Shown piece after piece: positions 1 through 23,334 of a DNA stretch of 64,000 bases (the first letter of the stretch is position 1; each line of letters begins with the position of its first letter). Below the pieces are notes generated by a model. That model ran no database searches. It was not told the origin of the DNA and saw nothing but the letters and a program-made list of their open reading frames with translations. Source of the stretch: the human T2T-CHM13v2.0 reference genome, Homo sapiens; assembly GCF_009914755.1 (NCBI RefSeq), contig NC_060943.1; one strand, given 5' to 3'. Both the position numbers and the translations under genes were made by a program.

Positions 1-304
1 CCCAATATCCCATGGAGGGGACTCCACAGGGTGCAAACATCTGGAGGTGTGGTTCACTGAGACCCTTCAGGGTCCATGGTGCAAGAACAGGTTGAAGACC
101 CCCCCTTGAATTTCCACCTGTTGTATGAGTCCCTTTCACCCATCCTGAGCAGCCACCACATCCCACTGAGTCTACGTAGCTCCTCAACCTAGGTAATGCC
201 TGGTGCTCAGTGTGGGTCCTAGTGCAGCTGCTGCAGGCTCTCTGCCCTGGTGACAGGCTGGCTTCCCTCCATCAAGATTTGGAAGGGAGGGCTCTACCTG
301 GTGA

Positions 305-665
<361 letters not shown>

Positions 666-878
666 TACCAGTCCCACATTTCTAATGTCCTATCAGCTCC
701 TCCAGTCTCCCTGGAATCTCTTCCTCTAAATCTATTGTGTCTGCCCTGCCCAGGGCTTTTGAAATTCAAAAGCCAAAAATGGCCTTCTTTGTCGTCTGCA
801 TTCTGCCTTTTCCTGTGATATGGCCTCAGAAAGCTAGAGCTGTTGCCTGAACGAATGGGTGAACAACAGTAAACATTT

Positions 879-1660
<782 letters not shown>

Positions 1661-1721
1661 ATCTGGGGCTGATATCACATGCAGTTAAAATAACTGAAAC
1701 TTGGCCGGGCACGGTGGCTCA

Positions 1722-2476
<755 letters not shown>

Positions 2477-3478
2477 TAGCTGCCTTAACGCGTCCAGTGG
2501 GTCGTCCCAATTCCCCTCTGGCTTTGCACTTGTGTGTTTGCACATCTGCTGTTAATTTAAATGAGACAAAAATCCTCACTCTCTTTAAATGCAGAGAATA
2601 CAGAGTTGTGGGTTTTATTTTACCTTTTTTTACAAAGAGAAAAGAGCGTGATGCATACTAAGGATCCTCTGTTGGCTCCACAAAGGCGTCTTCTAAGTAT
2701 GCCTTTGGAATTCAGAGCCGGCAGTTAAATTCTGATGACCAAATCTGAGAAGTAAGAGTCGTGGTTTTCTTGGGGATGGAGGGAATGGGAATGAGGGCTC
2801 CCGGGATAAGGGATGGGGATGGGCTTTTGGGAGGCTGGGAATGTTCTTTTTTTTTTTTTTAACCTGGTTGCAGCATAACTGATGTGTTCATTTGGAATTA
2901 ATTCATCAAGCTGTACACTTTTGAAACGTGTTGTCTCTTTTTTTTTTTTTTTTTTTTGTGACAGAGTCTCACTCTGTCACTCCGGCTGGAGTGCAGTGGC
3001 ACAATCTCAGCTCACTGCAGCCTCCGCCTCCCGGTTCAAGCAATTCTCCTGCCTCAGCTGCCCAAGTAGCTGGGATTACAGGTGCCGTGTTATCTTATGT
3101 TTGTACAGTATAACCCAATAAAAACTATAAAAAATGTTATTGACAGGGAAACAAATAATCAAATAAGATAACAAATCAGAGTCAAAGACTGTTTAGAAAC
3201 AGGATTGTCCAGTGGTTAAGAGCCTGGGCTGTTTATATTTGAATCCCAGTGTGCCACCAAGGCTGTGTAGCTTTGGGTAAGTTACTCAACTTCTCGGACC
3301 TTAAAGTTGTATATCTGTGAAATGAAGACAACACCTACGTCTACCTCAATGAGAAGCAGGAAATATGATTAAGAATTGAGTTTAGGACTGGGCCTGGTGG
3401 TTCACACTTGTAATCTCAGCACTTGGGAAGCCGGGGAGGGCGGATCACGAGGTCAGGAGATCGAGACCATCCTGGCTA

Positions 3479-3816
<338 letters not shown>

Positions 3817-3837
3817 TCACTATAAATTTTTTTTTTA

Positions 3838-4783
<946 letters not shown>

Positions 4784-5375
4784 CCTACCGGGCAGAATTA
4801 CCTGAGATAAATAGAACAAAGCATCTAGCCAGGTAGTTGTCACAGAGCAGATGTTCAATCAATGACATTCATATCGTTTTGGTGGTAGATGTGATACATG
4901 GGTAAAGAAATAGAAAATGGGCCGGGAGTGGCGGCTCACGCCTGTAATCCCAGCACTTTGGGAGGCTGAGGTGGGCAGATCACTTGAGGTTAGGAGTTCA
5001 AGACCAGCCTGGCCAAAATGGTGAAACCTGTCTCTAGTAAAAATACAAAAATTAGTCAGTTGTGGCGGCGTGTGCCTGTAATCCCAGCTACTCAGGAGGC
5101 TGAGGCAGGAAAATCACTTGAACCTGGGAAGCAGAGGTCGCAGTGAGACAAGATCATGCCACTGCACTCCAGCCTGGGTGACAGAGCGAGACTCCAGCTC
5201 AAAAAAAAAAAAAAAAAAAGAAAAGAAAGAAAGAAAGAAATAGAAAATGCAGAACTGTCATGCCAATAAAAAATGGACAAGGACGTGAACAGACAAGTCA
5301 CAAGGCAGAATGACAGTAGATTACAAACTGGTGGGAAGGTATTTATCCTCAGTACTCACTGTTTTTAAATTTCTT

Positions 5376-5411
<36 letters not shown>

Positions 5412-5581
5412 TCTCACTCTCTTGCCCAGGCTGTAGTACAACAGCTCAATCTCAACTCACTGCAACCTCCATCTTCCAGGCTCAAATGATCCTCCCACTT
5501 CAGCCTCCCGGAAAGCTGGGGGACTACAGGCGACCGCCACCACGCCCGGCTAATTTTTTTTTTCTTTTTTTTTTTTTTTGA

Positions 5582-5767
<186 letters not shown>

Positions 5768-6282
5768 TAGCCAGGATGGTCTCCATCTCCTGACCTGATG
5801 ATCTGCCCGCCTGGACCTCCCAAAATGCTGGGACTACAGGTGTGAGCCACCACACCACGCCCGGCTAATTTTTTGTATTTTTAGTAGAGACAGGGTTTCG
5901 CCATGTTGCCCAGGCTGGTCTTGAACTCCTGGACTCAAGCGATCCGCCCACTTTGGCCTCCCAAAGTACTAGGATAAAAAATTTATTATTATTGTTATTT
6001 TTCATTTTTTATAGAGGTGGGGTCTGGATATGTTGCCTCAGGCTGGTCTTAAACTCCCGGGCTCAAGTGAGCCTTCTGCCTCTGCCTCCCAGTGTGTCGA
6101 GGTCACAGGCGTGAGTCACTGCACCGGCCAGTAGTAACTGTCTTCAGAGCGTGTATTGTTCTCTGAAGTAATCAAGTCCACTTATTTGTCTGTATGTTTA
6201 CCGTCCATCTCCCCTCTTCTCATCCCTTAGAAAATGAGGTCCCTGCCAGGCACAGTGGCTCAGGCCTGTAATCCCAGCACTA

Positions 6283-6663
<381 letters not shown>

Positions 6664-7197
6664 TCAAAAAGAAAAGAAAATGAGGTCCTCGAGGGCAGTG
6701 CTTCTGTGTCAGTCTTGCTCACTGCTGTCTCCCAGTACCTAAAACACAGGCTACCATACAGCAGGTGCTCAAGAAACTATTTGTGGACTCAATGAGTGAA
6801 TACATAAATGAAAATGAGAGCCAACTCTTCACTTACCAAATTAGCAAAGCTCTCTAAAAGGCTTATATTCAGTGCCAGCGAGGATGCCGTGAGTGTGAAT
6901 GAGTGGAGATTATTTTAACTTTTCTAGATGCCAACTTGGTACTCTTACCGAGTAATTCCATTTCTGGGACTCTGTTCTAAGGAAATAATATAAAATGTGC
7001 ACAAAAGTTTATGCACGAAGATTTTCTCTATAGCATTATTTGTAGCAGTAAAAATAATAGAAACAGGTTTAATATTTGTATAATAAACATTATATATTTC
7101 TAACAATAAGGTCTAGAGAAAGGCTTTGTAAACTACAGAACAGCAATATTGTGAAATATCATGTAATTATTTTAATTAAAATGAAAAAAAGGTTTTA

Positions 7198-8710
<1,513 letters not shown>

Positions 8711-8926
8711 CTGGTACGCAGTAGCACCTCCTCTCTCTCACACTATATATAGAGAGAGGGGATTTTATTTATATATGTCAACGTAGTGTAAATGTAAGTT
8801 TTCATATATACATGTGAAATTGGTAGGACAACAACAGGATGCTAACCACACAATTTTACAAAGATAAAACCTGGAAATACTGGAAGTAGATGTATCGGAA
8901 TGCTATCACTGGTGGGAGAAATGTGA

Positions 8927-9262
<336 letters not shown>

Positions 9263-9336
9263 TGACCTCAAGTGATCCGCCCACCTTAGCCTCCAAGTAG
9301 CTGGGACTACAGATGTATGCCACTATGCCTGGCTAA

Positions 9337-9555
<219 letters not shown>

Positions 9556-10069
9556 TGACCTCCTGGGCTTAAGCCATCCTCCCACCTCAGCCTCCAAGTA
9601 GCTGGGACTACAGATGCATGCCACCATGCCTGGCTAATTTTTTTATTTTGAGGTCTCACTATGTTGTCCAGGCTGGTCTCCCACTTCTGGCCTCAAGCGA
9701 TCCTCCCACCTTGGCCTCCCAAAGTGCCAGGATTTCAGGTGGGAACCACCGCACCCGGTCTCGGTTTGATCACTTTAATTGGCTGCATTGCATTGCAAGA
9801 ATGACTGTATCTTGGTTTATTTAATTTTTCCCTTATGCACGGCATCTGGGTTGTTTCCAGCTTCTTTCCCATGACAAACATAAACAACACTGCAGTAAAC
9901 ATCACTGAGTTCACGTGATTTGGAGATGTGGAAATTCAGGAACGAAGGGGGCCCTTATCTAAATGTCAACCGACCTGTCCCATGGCCTCCAGAGAGACTG
10001 CATGTCCCTCCTCCTCCATTGTTTTGCAATTCTCAGCTTTTCTATTTTGAGCTTGTGTTATTTTTCTTA

Positions 10070-10529
10070 TTTATTTATTTTTATTTTAATTGAAGTTCTG
10101 GGATACATGTGCAGAACACGCAGGTTTGTTACATAGGTATACATGTTTCATGGTGGTTTGCTCTATCTATCAACCCATCATGTAGGTTTTAAGCCCTGCA
10201 TGCATTAGGTATTTGTCCTAATGCTCTCCCTCCCCTTGCCCCCCACCCCCCACCGACAGGCCCCGGTGTGTGATGTTCCCCTCCCTGTGTCTATGTGTTC
10301 TCATTGTTCGACTCGCACTTATGAGTGAGAACATGCGTTGTTTGGTTTTCTGTTTCTGTGTTAGTTTGCTGAGAATGATGGCTACCAGCTTCATCCATTT
10401 CCCTTCAAAGGACATGAACTCATTCTTTTTTATGACTGCATAGTATTCCACAATGTATATGTGCCATATTTTCTTTATCCAGTCTATCATTGTTGGGCAT
10501 TTGGGTTGGTTCCAAGTCTTTGCCATTGT
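10070..10529 (-). mobile_element. L1PA-type 3' end (ORF2 C-terminal remnant plus 3'UTR)
   Basis: ORF 10218-10526 gives AKTWNQPKCPTMIDWIKKIWHIY..EYY; 3'UTR gatacatgtgcagaac; T-rich tail. Confidence 0.9.
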
Positions 10530-10553
10530 AATGTTTATTTATTTATTCTTTAA

Positions 10554-10838
<285 letters not shown>

Positions 10839-11211
10839 TGAGGCTTTATTAAGTTTGGGCTCAACATGTATGATGTGAATTCTTCCCAGTTTGTTGAGAG
10901 AGCTGTGGGTCTATGGTGCTGAGGGGAGTAGACAAAGCCCCTCCTCCTGACACCCCAAACCAATGGGGGAGACAGACAGAGCTTCCGACTTCCTTAGCTT
11001 GGGGACTGGCTTTTAAAAACCGCACAGGGCTGGGTGCGGTGGTTCATGCCTGTAATCCCAGCACTTTGGGAGGCCAAGGTGGGCAGATCGCGAGGTCAGG
11101 AGTTCAAGACCAGCCTAGCCAATATGGTGAAATCCCATCTCTACTAAAAAATACAAAAAGTACAAAAAATAGCCACGTTTGGTGGCCTATGCCTGTAGTC
11201 CCAGCTACTCA

Positions 11212-11397
<186 letters not shown>

Positions 11398-11400
11398 TCA

Positions 11401-11727
<327 letters not shown>

Positions 11728-12078
11728 CTAGCGGCCCAGAGCTACTGCTTATTAAGCATTTATTATGAGCCAGGAAAGGTGCAAAATGTTTTATCCTTGA
11801 GTCTAGTTCATGCCTCCAGCAGAAGCCCAGGCCCCTGGGTTCTAGCATGGTCTTCTGCCAGCTTCGACTTGGACAAGTGACGTCAGTGCCCTGTATGTTG
11901 GTTTTCTCATTGGAAAGATGGAGATAATAATAGTGCCTACTCATAGGATCATCATGAGGCTGAAACGCGTAGCTGTGCAGATCTCTTGGCACTGTGCCAG
12001 GCACTGAGTATGTTCTACACAAGTGTTTGACAAATATAATAAAACTGATGGCTGGGCACCTGTAATCCCAGCACTTTA

Positions 12079-12558
<480 letters not shown>

Positions 12559-12811
12559 TTACTTGTGCTGTCTCCTCTGTCCAGAACACTCTTTCCTTTC
12601 CTCACCTCCTTCAAAGGCTTGTTCCAATGTCATCATCTTGGTTTAAAGTGGAGATTCAGCTTAACCCCTTCCCCACCTGTGCCTACTGTCTCTCGATTGG
12701 CCTTATTCTTCTCCATGGCCCTCAATGTACACGTTTACCTGGAAAGTGCTCCCTGCAAGGCAGCTGCATACCATTATTAAGACTCTGTGACAGGCCGGGC
12801 GTGGTGGCTCA

Positions 12812-13266
<455 letters not shown>

Positions 13267-13385
13267 ATGAGGTCTCACTATGTTGTCCAGGCTGGTCTTG
13301 AATTCCTGAGCTCAACCGATTCTTCCACCTCACTCCCCCAAAGTGCTGGGATTACAGGCGTTAGCCACCACACCTGGGCTACTAA

Positions 13386-13622
<237 letters not shown>

Positions 13623-13648
13623 TAGCCAGGATGGTCTCGATCTCCTGA

Positions 13649-13897
<249 letters not shown>

Positions 13898-14735
13898 TAG
13901 TAGAGGCAGGGTTTCACTATGTTGGCCAGGCTAGTCTCAAACTCCTAACCTCAGGCGATCCACGTGCCTCGGCCTCCCAAAGTGCTGGGATTACAGGCGT
14001 GACCCACCGTGCCCGGTCAATATTTTTGAAGGTCATTTTCTAACTGACACTAGGTGTGTGGGCCACCAGCTCCTCCCCCATGTTCTCTGCTCTGGCCGCA
14101 CTGGCCTCCTTTACATTCGTCTATCACACCAGGCACCTTTCCACCACAGGGCCTTTGCACTGGCTATTCTCAATGACTGCAATACTCTTGCCCCAGATAT
14201 GCACCCAGCTTGCTGCCTCACCTCCATCAGGCCACCTCCTCTGAGAGGCCCACCTTGACTGCCCACCTAAAGCATCTCTTAGTTTAGCCAGGCATGGTGT
14301 TGAGCGCCTGAAGTCCCAGCTATTCAGAAGGCTGAGGCAGGAGGATTGCTTGAGCCCAGGAGTTTGATACCAGCATGGGTAACATAGCCAGACCCCATCT
14401 CTACAAAAATAAAACATAAAAAATTAAGGCTGGGCGCAATGGCTCACGCCTGTAATCCCATCACTTTGGAAGGCCGAGGCGGGCGGATCACCTAAGGTTG
14501 GGAGTTCGAGACTAGCCTGGACAACATGGAGAAACCCTGTCTCTAGTAAAAAAATCCAAAATTAAGCCAGGCACGGTGGCTCACGCCTGTAATCCCAGCA
14601 CTTTGGGAGGCTGAGGCAGGTGGATCACCTGAGGGCGGGAGTTGGAGACCAGCCTGACCAACACGGAGAAACCCCGTCTCTGCTAAAAATAGAAAGTTAG
14701 CTGGGCATGGTGGTGCATGCCTGTAACCCCAGCTA

Positions 14736-14837
<102 letters not shown>

Positions 14838-14846
14838 TCAGTCTCA

Positions 14847-15132
<286 letters not shown>

Positions 15133-15506
15133 TCAGGAGGCTGAGGCAAGAGATTCACTTGAACCCAGGAGGCAGAGGTTGCAGTGAGCCAAGATGACAC
15201 CACTGCACTCCAGCCTGGGCGACAGAGCGAGACTCTGTCTCAAAGAAAAAAAAAAAAAAACCTCACTCCATTACATCTACAGTCTCTTTTGTGGTGGGAG
15301 GTCACATGTTCGCACTTTCTAGGATTAGGACCCGAACATCTCTTGGGGGGGCAATGTTCTTCCCACCATGAGTCCGTTCTCACTTTTTTTTTTTTTTTTT
15401 TTGCCACTCTGTCTCCAGCGCCTGGAACGGTGCCTGGCATGCAACAGGTGCTGGGGAATGAATGAACGTGAATGGATGGGGCCCAGCGGCAGGAAGGGCT
15501 GGAAGC

Positions 15507-15851
15507 ATGTGTCATGGAGCATGTTTTCAGGGACTGAGGGCCAAGGAGGAAGCCAGGCCCCTGGAGGAAGTGGGGGCAGTGCCCTGGCCCGAGGCAGGAG
15601 GAGGAGGAGCCGAACAGGGATGAGCAAGATGAGGGTGGGAGGTGGAAAGATGAAGCAGCGATTGGGGCGTCCTGTTCTCCTGTAATCCGGCCTCCTGCCC
15701 ACCCATGCACCACCCTCGGGCTGGGCGCAGGCCTCCCTGAAGCCACTGCAGGGAAGGGGGGTATCGGAGGGTGGTGGTGCACGGTGATTCCCAACTGGCA
15801 CAGCTGGTTTGACTGGTCCTGGCGTTTGGCAGAGGAGAGCGCCGGGGACAG
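15507..15851 (+). pseudogene. Candidate decayed upstream alternative first coding exon of SULT2B1 (hypothesis)
   Basis: Non-repeat segment ending in CAG|GTGAGG at 15851/15852. Only the phase-2 frame is open far upstream (15538-15851); one frameshift near 15594 links it to an ATG at 15507. Confidence 0.3.
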
Positions 15852-16034
15852 GTGAGGATGGTGCTGGGAGCACCCCAGGCCCAAAAGACACAGGGGAGGA
15901 GTGGCTACCGTGCTCACCGGTGTACCCCTATAGACCCCAGACCCCCCAACACAACACTCCCACCGCACACCCCTCACTTGGCTCAGTCTGTCCCAGCCCA
16001 GGAAACCAGAAACCCAACCTCCCTGACCCCCAGT

Positions 16035-16905
16035 CCCAGCCCTTCCTCCCTCAGACCCAGGAGTCCAGCCCCTCCTCTCTCAGACCCAGGAGTCCAGGCC
16101 CCCAGACCCTCCTCCCTCAGACCCAGAGGTCCAGGCCCCCAGCCTCCTCCCTCAGATCCAGGAGTCCAGGCCCCCAGCCCCTCCTCCCTCAGATCCAGGA
16201 GTCCAGGCCCCCAGCCTCCTCCCTCAGACCCAGGAGTCCAGACCCCCAGCGCCTCCTCCCTCAGACCCAGGAGTCCAGACCTCCAGCCCCTCCTCCCTCA
16301 GACCCAGGAGTCCAGGCCCCCAGCCCCTCCTCCCTCAGATCCAGGAGTCCAGGCCCCCAGCCTCCTCCCTCAGACCCAGGAGTCCAGACCCCCAGCGCCT
16401 CCTCCCTCAGACCCAGGAGTCCAGACCCCCAGCCCCTCCTCTCTCAGACCCAGGAGTCCAGACCCCCAGCGCCTCCTCCCTCAGACCCAGAATTCCAGGC
16501 CCCCAGCCCCTCCTCCCTCAGACCCGGGAATCCAGGCCCCCAGCCCCTCCTCCCTCAGACCCGGGAGTCCAGGCCCCCAGCCCCTCCTCCCTCAGACCCA
16601 GGAGTCCAGACCCCCAGCGCCTCCTCCCTCAGACCCAGGAGTCCAGACCCCCAGCCCCTCCTCTCTCAGACCCAGGAGTCCAGACCCCCAGCGCCTCCTC
16701 CCTCAGACCCAGAAGTCCAGGCCCCCAGCCCCTCCTCCCTCAGACCCGGGAGTCCAGACCCCCAGCGCCTCCTCCCTCAGACCCGGGAGTCCAGACCCCC
16801 AGCGCCTCCTCCCTCAGACCCAGGAGTCCAGACCCCCAGCGCCTCCTCCCTCAGACCCAGGAGTCCAGACCCCCAGCCCCTCCTCCCTCAGACCCAGGAG
16901 TCCAG
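16035..16905. repeat. MSR1-type ~37-bp minisatellite, 24 units
   Basis: Tandem CCCCAGCCCCTCCTCCCTCAGACCCAGGAGTCCAG(G/A)C units counted by hand; matches the chr19q13-enriched 37-bp MSR1 repeat. A diverged orphan unit lies near 17575-17625. Confidence 0.92.
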
Positions 16906-18183
16906 CCTCCAGCTCTGGTTCCCTGACACATTGTCACTACAGCCGTGGCCTGTTGGGCCCCCTGCTCTGTGTGCACCTGCCTCTCTCCCCACCCTGTTCC
17001 CCTTTTGTGACCATGCAGCCAGTAAGGACCCAGGTTCTGGCCTTCAGTCCCCCCACCCCACTCCCCCAGCATCCCTCCCCAGTCTCTGTCACCTTGGGGA
17101 CCCAGGAGCCGGCACTCTCAGTGGCCCCCTCCCAAGAGAGGAGCCTAGGCGTGGTGTGGGGCCCACCCCAAGTGGCCTCCAGCCCAGCCCCAGCCCAGCT
17201 CAGGGCAGGCGGGGCATGAGTGTGAGTGTGAGTGTGCGGGGTGGGGCGGGCGGTGGTATCGGCCCTGGGGGCCTGTGCCGGCACATCGTGGGGATGGAGT
17301 AATCAGGGTGGGGTGGGGAGCAGACAAGGAGGTTTCGCTGCACCCCAAGATGGACCCAGTGATTAGAGGGGACGGCTGGGGGGAACCAGCGTGGCTTTGA
17401 GGTGTCAGCCGCCATCTCTCACCCCACCCATCTGAGGTTGCCTGAGCCTCAAGGGGGCATTGCGTGGGCTTGGGGACAGGGGTGTCCTCTACCACCCGTA
17501 ACCTCCCCCCAACCCCCTTCCCCAGGTCCACATGTCTAAGTGTCCCATTTTTGTCTGTCTGGGTCACTGGGGTCTGGCCCAGGCCCCTCCTCCATCAAAC
17601 CCAGGAGCCTGGTCCCCCAGCTCTGGACCGTGCCCCCTTCCCACCCCATTCGGGTTCCTCCTTGGATCCTTCCTGACTTGGGATTTGGACGCCCCGCCCC
17701 CAGCCCCTGCCCCCTCGGGAACCCAGCCTCTAAGCAGCCAGGGCTGGCTGTCCTCGGGCTCCCAGAACTCCCGGCAATGACTGGCTTTTAATGGAAAGGT
17801 CGGGCTCTGGAGGTGACAATGGCCTCGATTCTGTGGAAACGTGACCTCATGACCCAGTGACCTCCCTTTGCCTATGTCTGAGCTCCAAGAGCAAAATGGC
17901 ACATCCCAGGGCTTGGGGGGCAGGTGGGCCCCCCCAAGAGAGGCCAAGGAATTGCTCCACGATGGGAGTCCCCTGCTGTCCACCCTCAGCCCATTGGCAA
18001 GGCCACTTCCAATGCCCCCTTCGCAATCAGCCCAAGGTGTAGAACAGGAGACAGCCTCCTTGTGGTCGGTGGCACACAGGTGACGTGTCCATCGTGCTTT
18101 GGGTTTATGGGAGTGGAGGGCATGTCCTGAGTGGCCCAGCCCATCCCCACCTGCCACCCTTAAGCCCCCAGGGATGGGTGTGA

Positions 18184-18446
<263 letters not shown>

Positions 18447-18521
18447 TAATTTTGTATTTTCAGTAGAGACAGGGTTTCTCTGTGTTAGTCAGGATGATCT
18501 CAAACTCCCGACCTCAGGTGA

Positions 18522-18689
<168 letters not shown>

Positions 18690-19146
18690 TGAGACCACAG
18701 GTGCACCGACACCATGCTCAGATAATTTTTAAATTTTTTGTAGAGATGAGGCCTTGTAGCCCAGGCTGATATCAAACTCCTGAGCTTCAGCGATCCTCCT
18801 GCCTCAGCCTCCCAAAGTGCTGGGATTACAGAGGTGAGGCACTGAGCCTGGCCCCCAGAGGCCCCCTCTTTGGCCTGGAGGAAACACCTCCCAATGTCTT
18901 TCCAGCCTCTAGGCCTTTGTCTCTGCCAGGCTTTCTAACAAGACGCCTTTTCCACCACTCAAGTCCCACTTACCCATCTGGTGAGTTCCTCTGTCCTTGG
19001 TTTTGCCTACTGGGGCATCCTTTTCCTGGGAAGTCATTCCTGGCCTCCCAAGAAGGTCCTGGCCTCTACAGCCAGGGTATCAAGCACATGGAACTTAGCC
19101 CAAGCCAGCAGTCAATACAAATAGCCTCCAAGCACACACCACAAGT

Positions 19147-20243
<1,097 letters not shown>

Positions 20244-20340
20244 ATGTAAGCCATTTACTTACATGTCTTGTTTGTGGACACAATATCAGAGACTGACCCA
20301 GAGGAGGTCTCTACAGATATTAGTTGGAAAAATAGACTAT

Positions 20341-21025
20341 TGGATGCCTGGATGAATGGATGAGTGGATGCATGGATGGATGGATGGATGGATGGATGGA
20401 TGGACGGATGGTCGAATGGATGGGTAGATGGTTGGATGGATGGATGAATGGATGGAGGATGCATAGAAAGATGGATGCATAGATGGCTGGTTGAATGGAT
20501 ACCTGGCTGAGTGGATGAATAGAGGATGGATGGATGGATAGAAGGATGGTTGAGTAGATGCTTGGATGGATGAATGGATAGACAGTGATGAATGGATGGC
20601 AGGATGGATGGATGAATGGATAGATGAAGGAATGGTTGGGTGATGGATGAATAAATGGCTGAATGAATGCAGGATGGATGGATAGATGGATGGTTGGATG
20701 GTTGGGTGGCTAGATGAATGGATGGAAAATGGATGGATGGGTGATGGATGGCTGGATAGATGGATGGTTGAGTAGATGGTTGGATGGATGAATGGATGGA
20801 TAGATGATGAATGGATGAAGAGGTGGATGGTTTGATGGCTGATGAATGGATGGAGGGATGGATGGTTGGATGGGTAGATAGATGGATGTTGAATGGATGA
20901 TTGGATAAGTGGTTGGGTGGCTGAATGAATGGTTGGGTGGATGGTCGGGTGGATGGATGATGGATGAATAGAGGGACAGGTGGATGCATAGATAGAGGGA
21001 TGAACAGCTGGAGGGATGAATGGAT
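20341..21025. repeat. Degenerate (GGAT)n simple repeat, about 0.7 kb
   Basis: Continuous TGGA/TGAA/TAGA tetramer variants. Confidence 0.95.
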
Positions 21026-22776
21026 GTATAATCCTTGCTCCTCTCACTACCCATGACCAAGTGGCTCTGGGTTTTCCACTTGCATTTTCCCACACTCTTC
21101 ATCTTTTTTTTTTTTTTTTTTTAATTGAGACCGAGTCTTGCTCTGTTGCCCAGGCTGGAGCACAGTGGCACAATCTCGGCTCACTGCAATCTCCACCTCC
21201 TGGGTTCAAGCAATTCTCTGCCTCAGCCTCCTGAGGAGCTGGGATTATAGGCACCCACCACCACTCCCGGCTAATTTTTGTATTTTTAGTAGAGACGGGG
21301 TTTTACTATGTTGGCCAGGCTGGTCTTGAACTCCCGACCTCGTGATCCACCCGCCTGGGCCTCCCAAAGTGCTGGGATTACAGGCATGAGCCACCAAGCC
21401 CAGCCCACTCCTTCATCCTTCTGGTCTCGTCCTTGTCTCCCAGATGTCCAAGACCCTCAGATTCATTTCTGGGGGTTGATGGTCTCCACTAGTATCTCTG
21501 CACTCTCACAATTGGCTAAAATGTCACTCTGGTGTCTTCTGGTTCCTCCTTGCCACCTCTGTAGGAGTCTGGACCCCTCGCCTTCCAGAATCAGGCTTTT
21601 GCATCTCCTCAGCTCCCTCCTCATTCTCCACAGAGATTCAGTGGACTTCTCCTGGCACCACCATGACCTTCACTCATTCCATCACGTCTTCCTGTGACAA
21701 TTCATTCATTCCATCAACAGGCACTTATTGAGCATTTACTATATTCCAGGCTCTTCCCTTGGGAAATAACCGCAGATTTGACATAGAACAAGCCCTTCTT
21801 TCATGGGGTTGACAGTCTAGTGGGGAGATAGATGGTAAACAAGACAAAGAAGCAAAACATTTAGGAGGTCAGATGGTGACGAGTGCTATGGGAAAAAGTA
21901 AAACAGGAAAGAGGAATGGAGAAGTTGGTGGACGAGCCTGGGGGAGGTGACACTGGGCAGAGTCAGACGATAGGAGCCCACGAAGCTCCCAGGTATCAGG
22001 AACATGCGGGAATAGCAAGGGCAAAGGCCCTGCAGTAGGAGCCTCCCCTGGGTCTTAGGCCGCCTAGTTTGGCCAGTTTCTTTCCATTGCCCACTCAGGC
22101 ACAACCTCAGGCCCTACTGCTCCCCAACCTTCCTGTGCCCCGGGGATGCCTCCGCACCTGCCTGCGAGTTTCCCTCTCAGGATCCCTAAGGACCTGGGCA
22201 TTCCCTTCCCCAGACTCTCCCTAACCCCCCACCCCAGCAGCACACAGAGCCAGGGACAAAGGGTCATTGAATAGAAAACAAAGGTGAAGACAGCCCAGCC
22301 GGAGGCCTGGTGGGGTGTCATGGTTCAGTCCCCCACCTCCGACATCAGAGGGGTTCACTCAGCCTCAGAGGGGGATGCCTGGCCCTCTCACCCTTCCACC
22401 CACCCTGCAAGAGAGCCCTTTTATCAGCAGGAACATCAAGGCTTAACACTGAAAGTATCAAGGCAGAATGTTGAGGATGTGGACTCGGTAGTGGCTGGGG
22501 GCAGGGGCGGGTGCTCCCACAGCTCAGCCTCCTGGAGACGGGTCTTGGGGTGGTGAATTGAGAGATGGGATACCCCAGAACCCTCCTTTTCTGCTTACCA
22601 TCAGAGTGAAGGCGGGCAGTGCTGTGTGCCCTGGGGGAAGCCACATTACCTCTCTGGGCCCCCTTCCTGCATCTGTTAGGTGAGTCTGACGTCTTCCATC
22701 CCCCTCACCTATGCAACAATAATTGGTCAGTATATACAATTTTATTTGTTTTGGCTTTTTTTTTTTTTCTTTTTGA

Positions 22777-22977
<201 letters not shown>

Positions 22978-22980
22978 TGA

Positions 22981-23334
<354 letters not shown>

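Noticed and set aside
10218-10526. ORF resembling a protein C-terminal domain
   Set aside because: Remnant of the L1 ORF2 C-terminus in a truncated L1, not a host gene.
15240-15977. Minus-strand ORFs of 245 and 188 aa with a hydrophobic stretch
   Set aside because: Non-ATG starts, ends in repeat sequence and no recognisable family; the leucine run is just the antisense of a GAG/GGA repeat.
16035-16905. CRISPR-like array (37-bp periodicity)
   Set aside because: Units are head-to-tail with no unique spacers, there are no cas genes, and the DNA is primate.
15809-17302. 497-aa and 455-aa Pro/Ser/Gln-rich ORFs
   Set aside because: Products of the 37-bp MSR1 array, whose + strand lacks stop codons. 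Both start at non-ATG codons and cycle through the same three peptide phases.
18118-18127. p53/p63 half-site GGGCATGTCC
   Set aside because: No adjacent second half-site; single half-sites are common by chance.
20255-21102. 244-, 252- and 130-aa His/Pro/Ser/Ile-rich minus-strand ORFs
   Set aside because: Translations of the (ATCC)n simple repeat.
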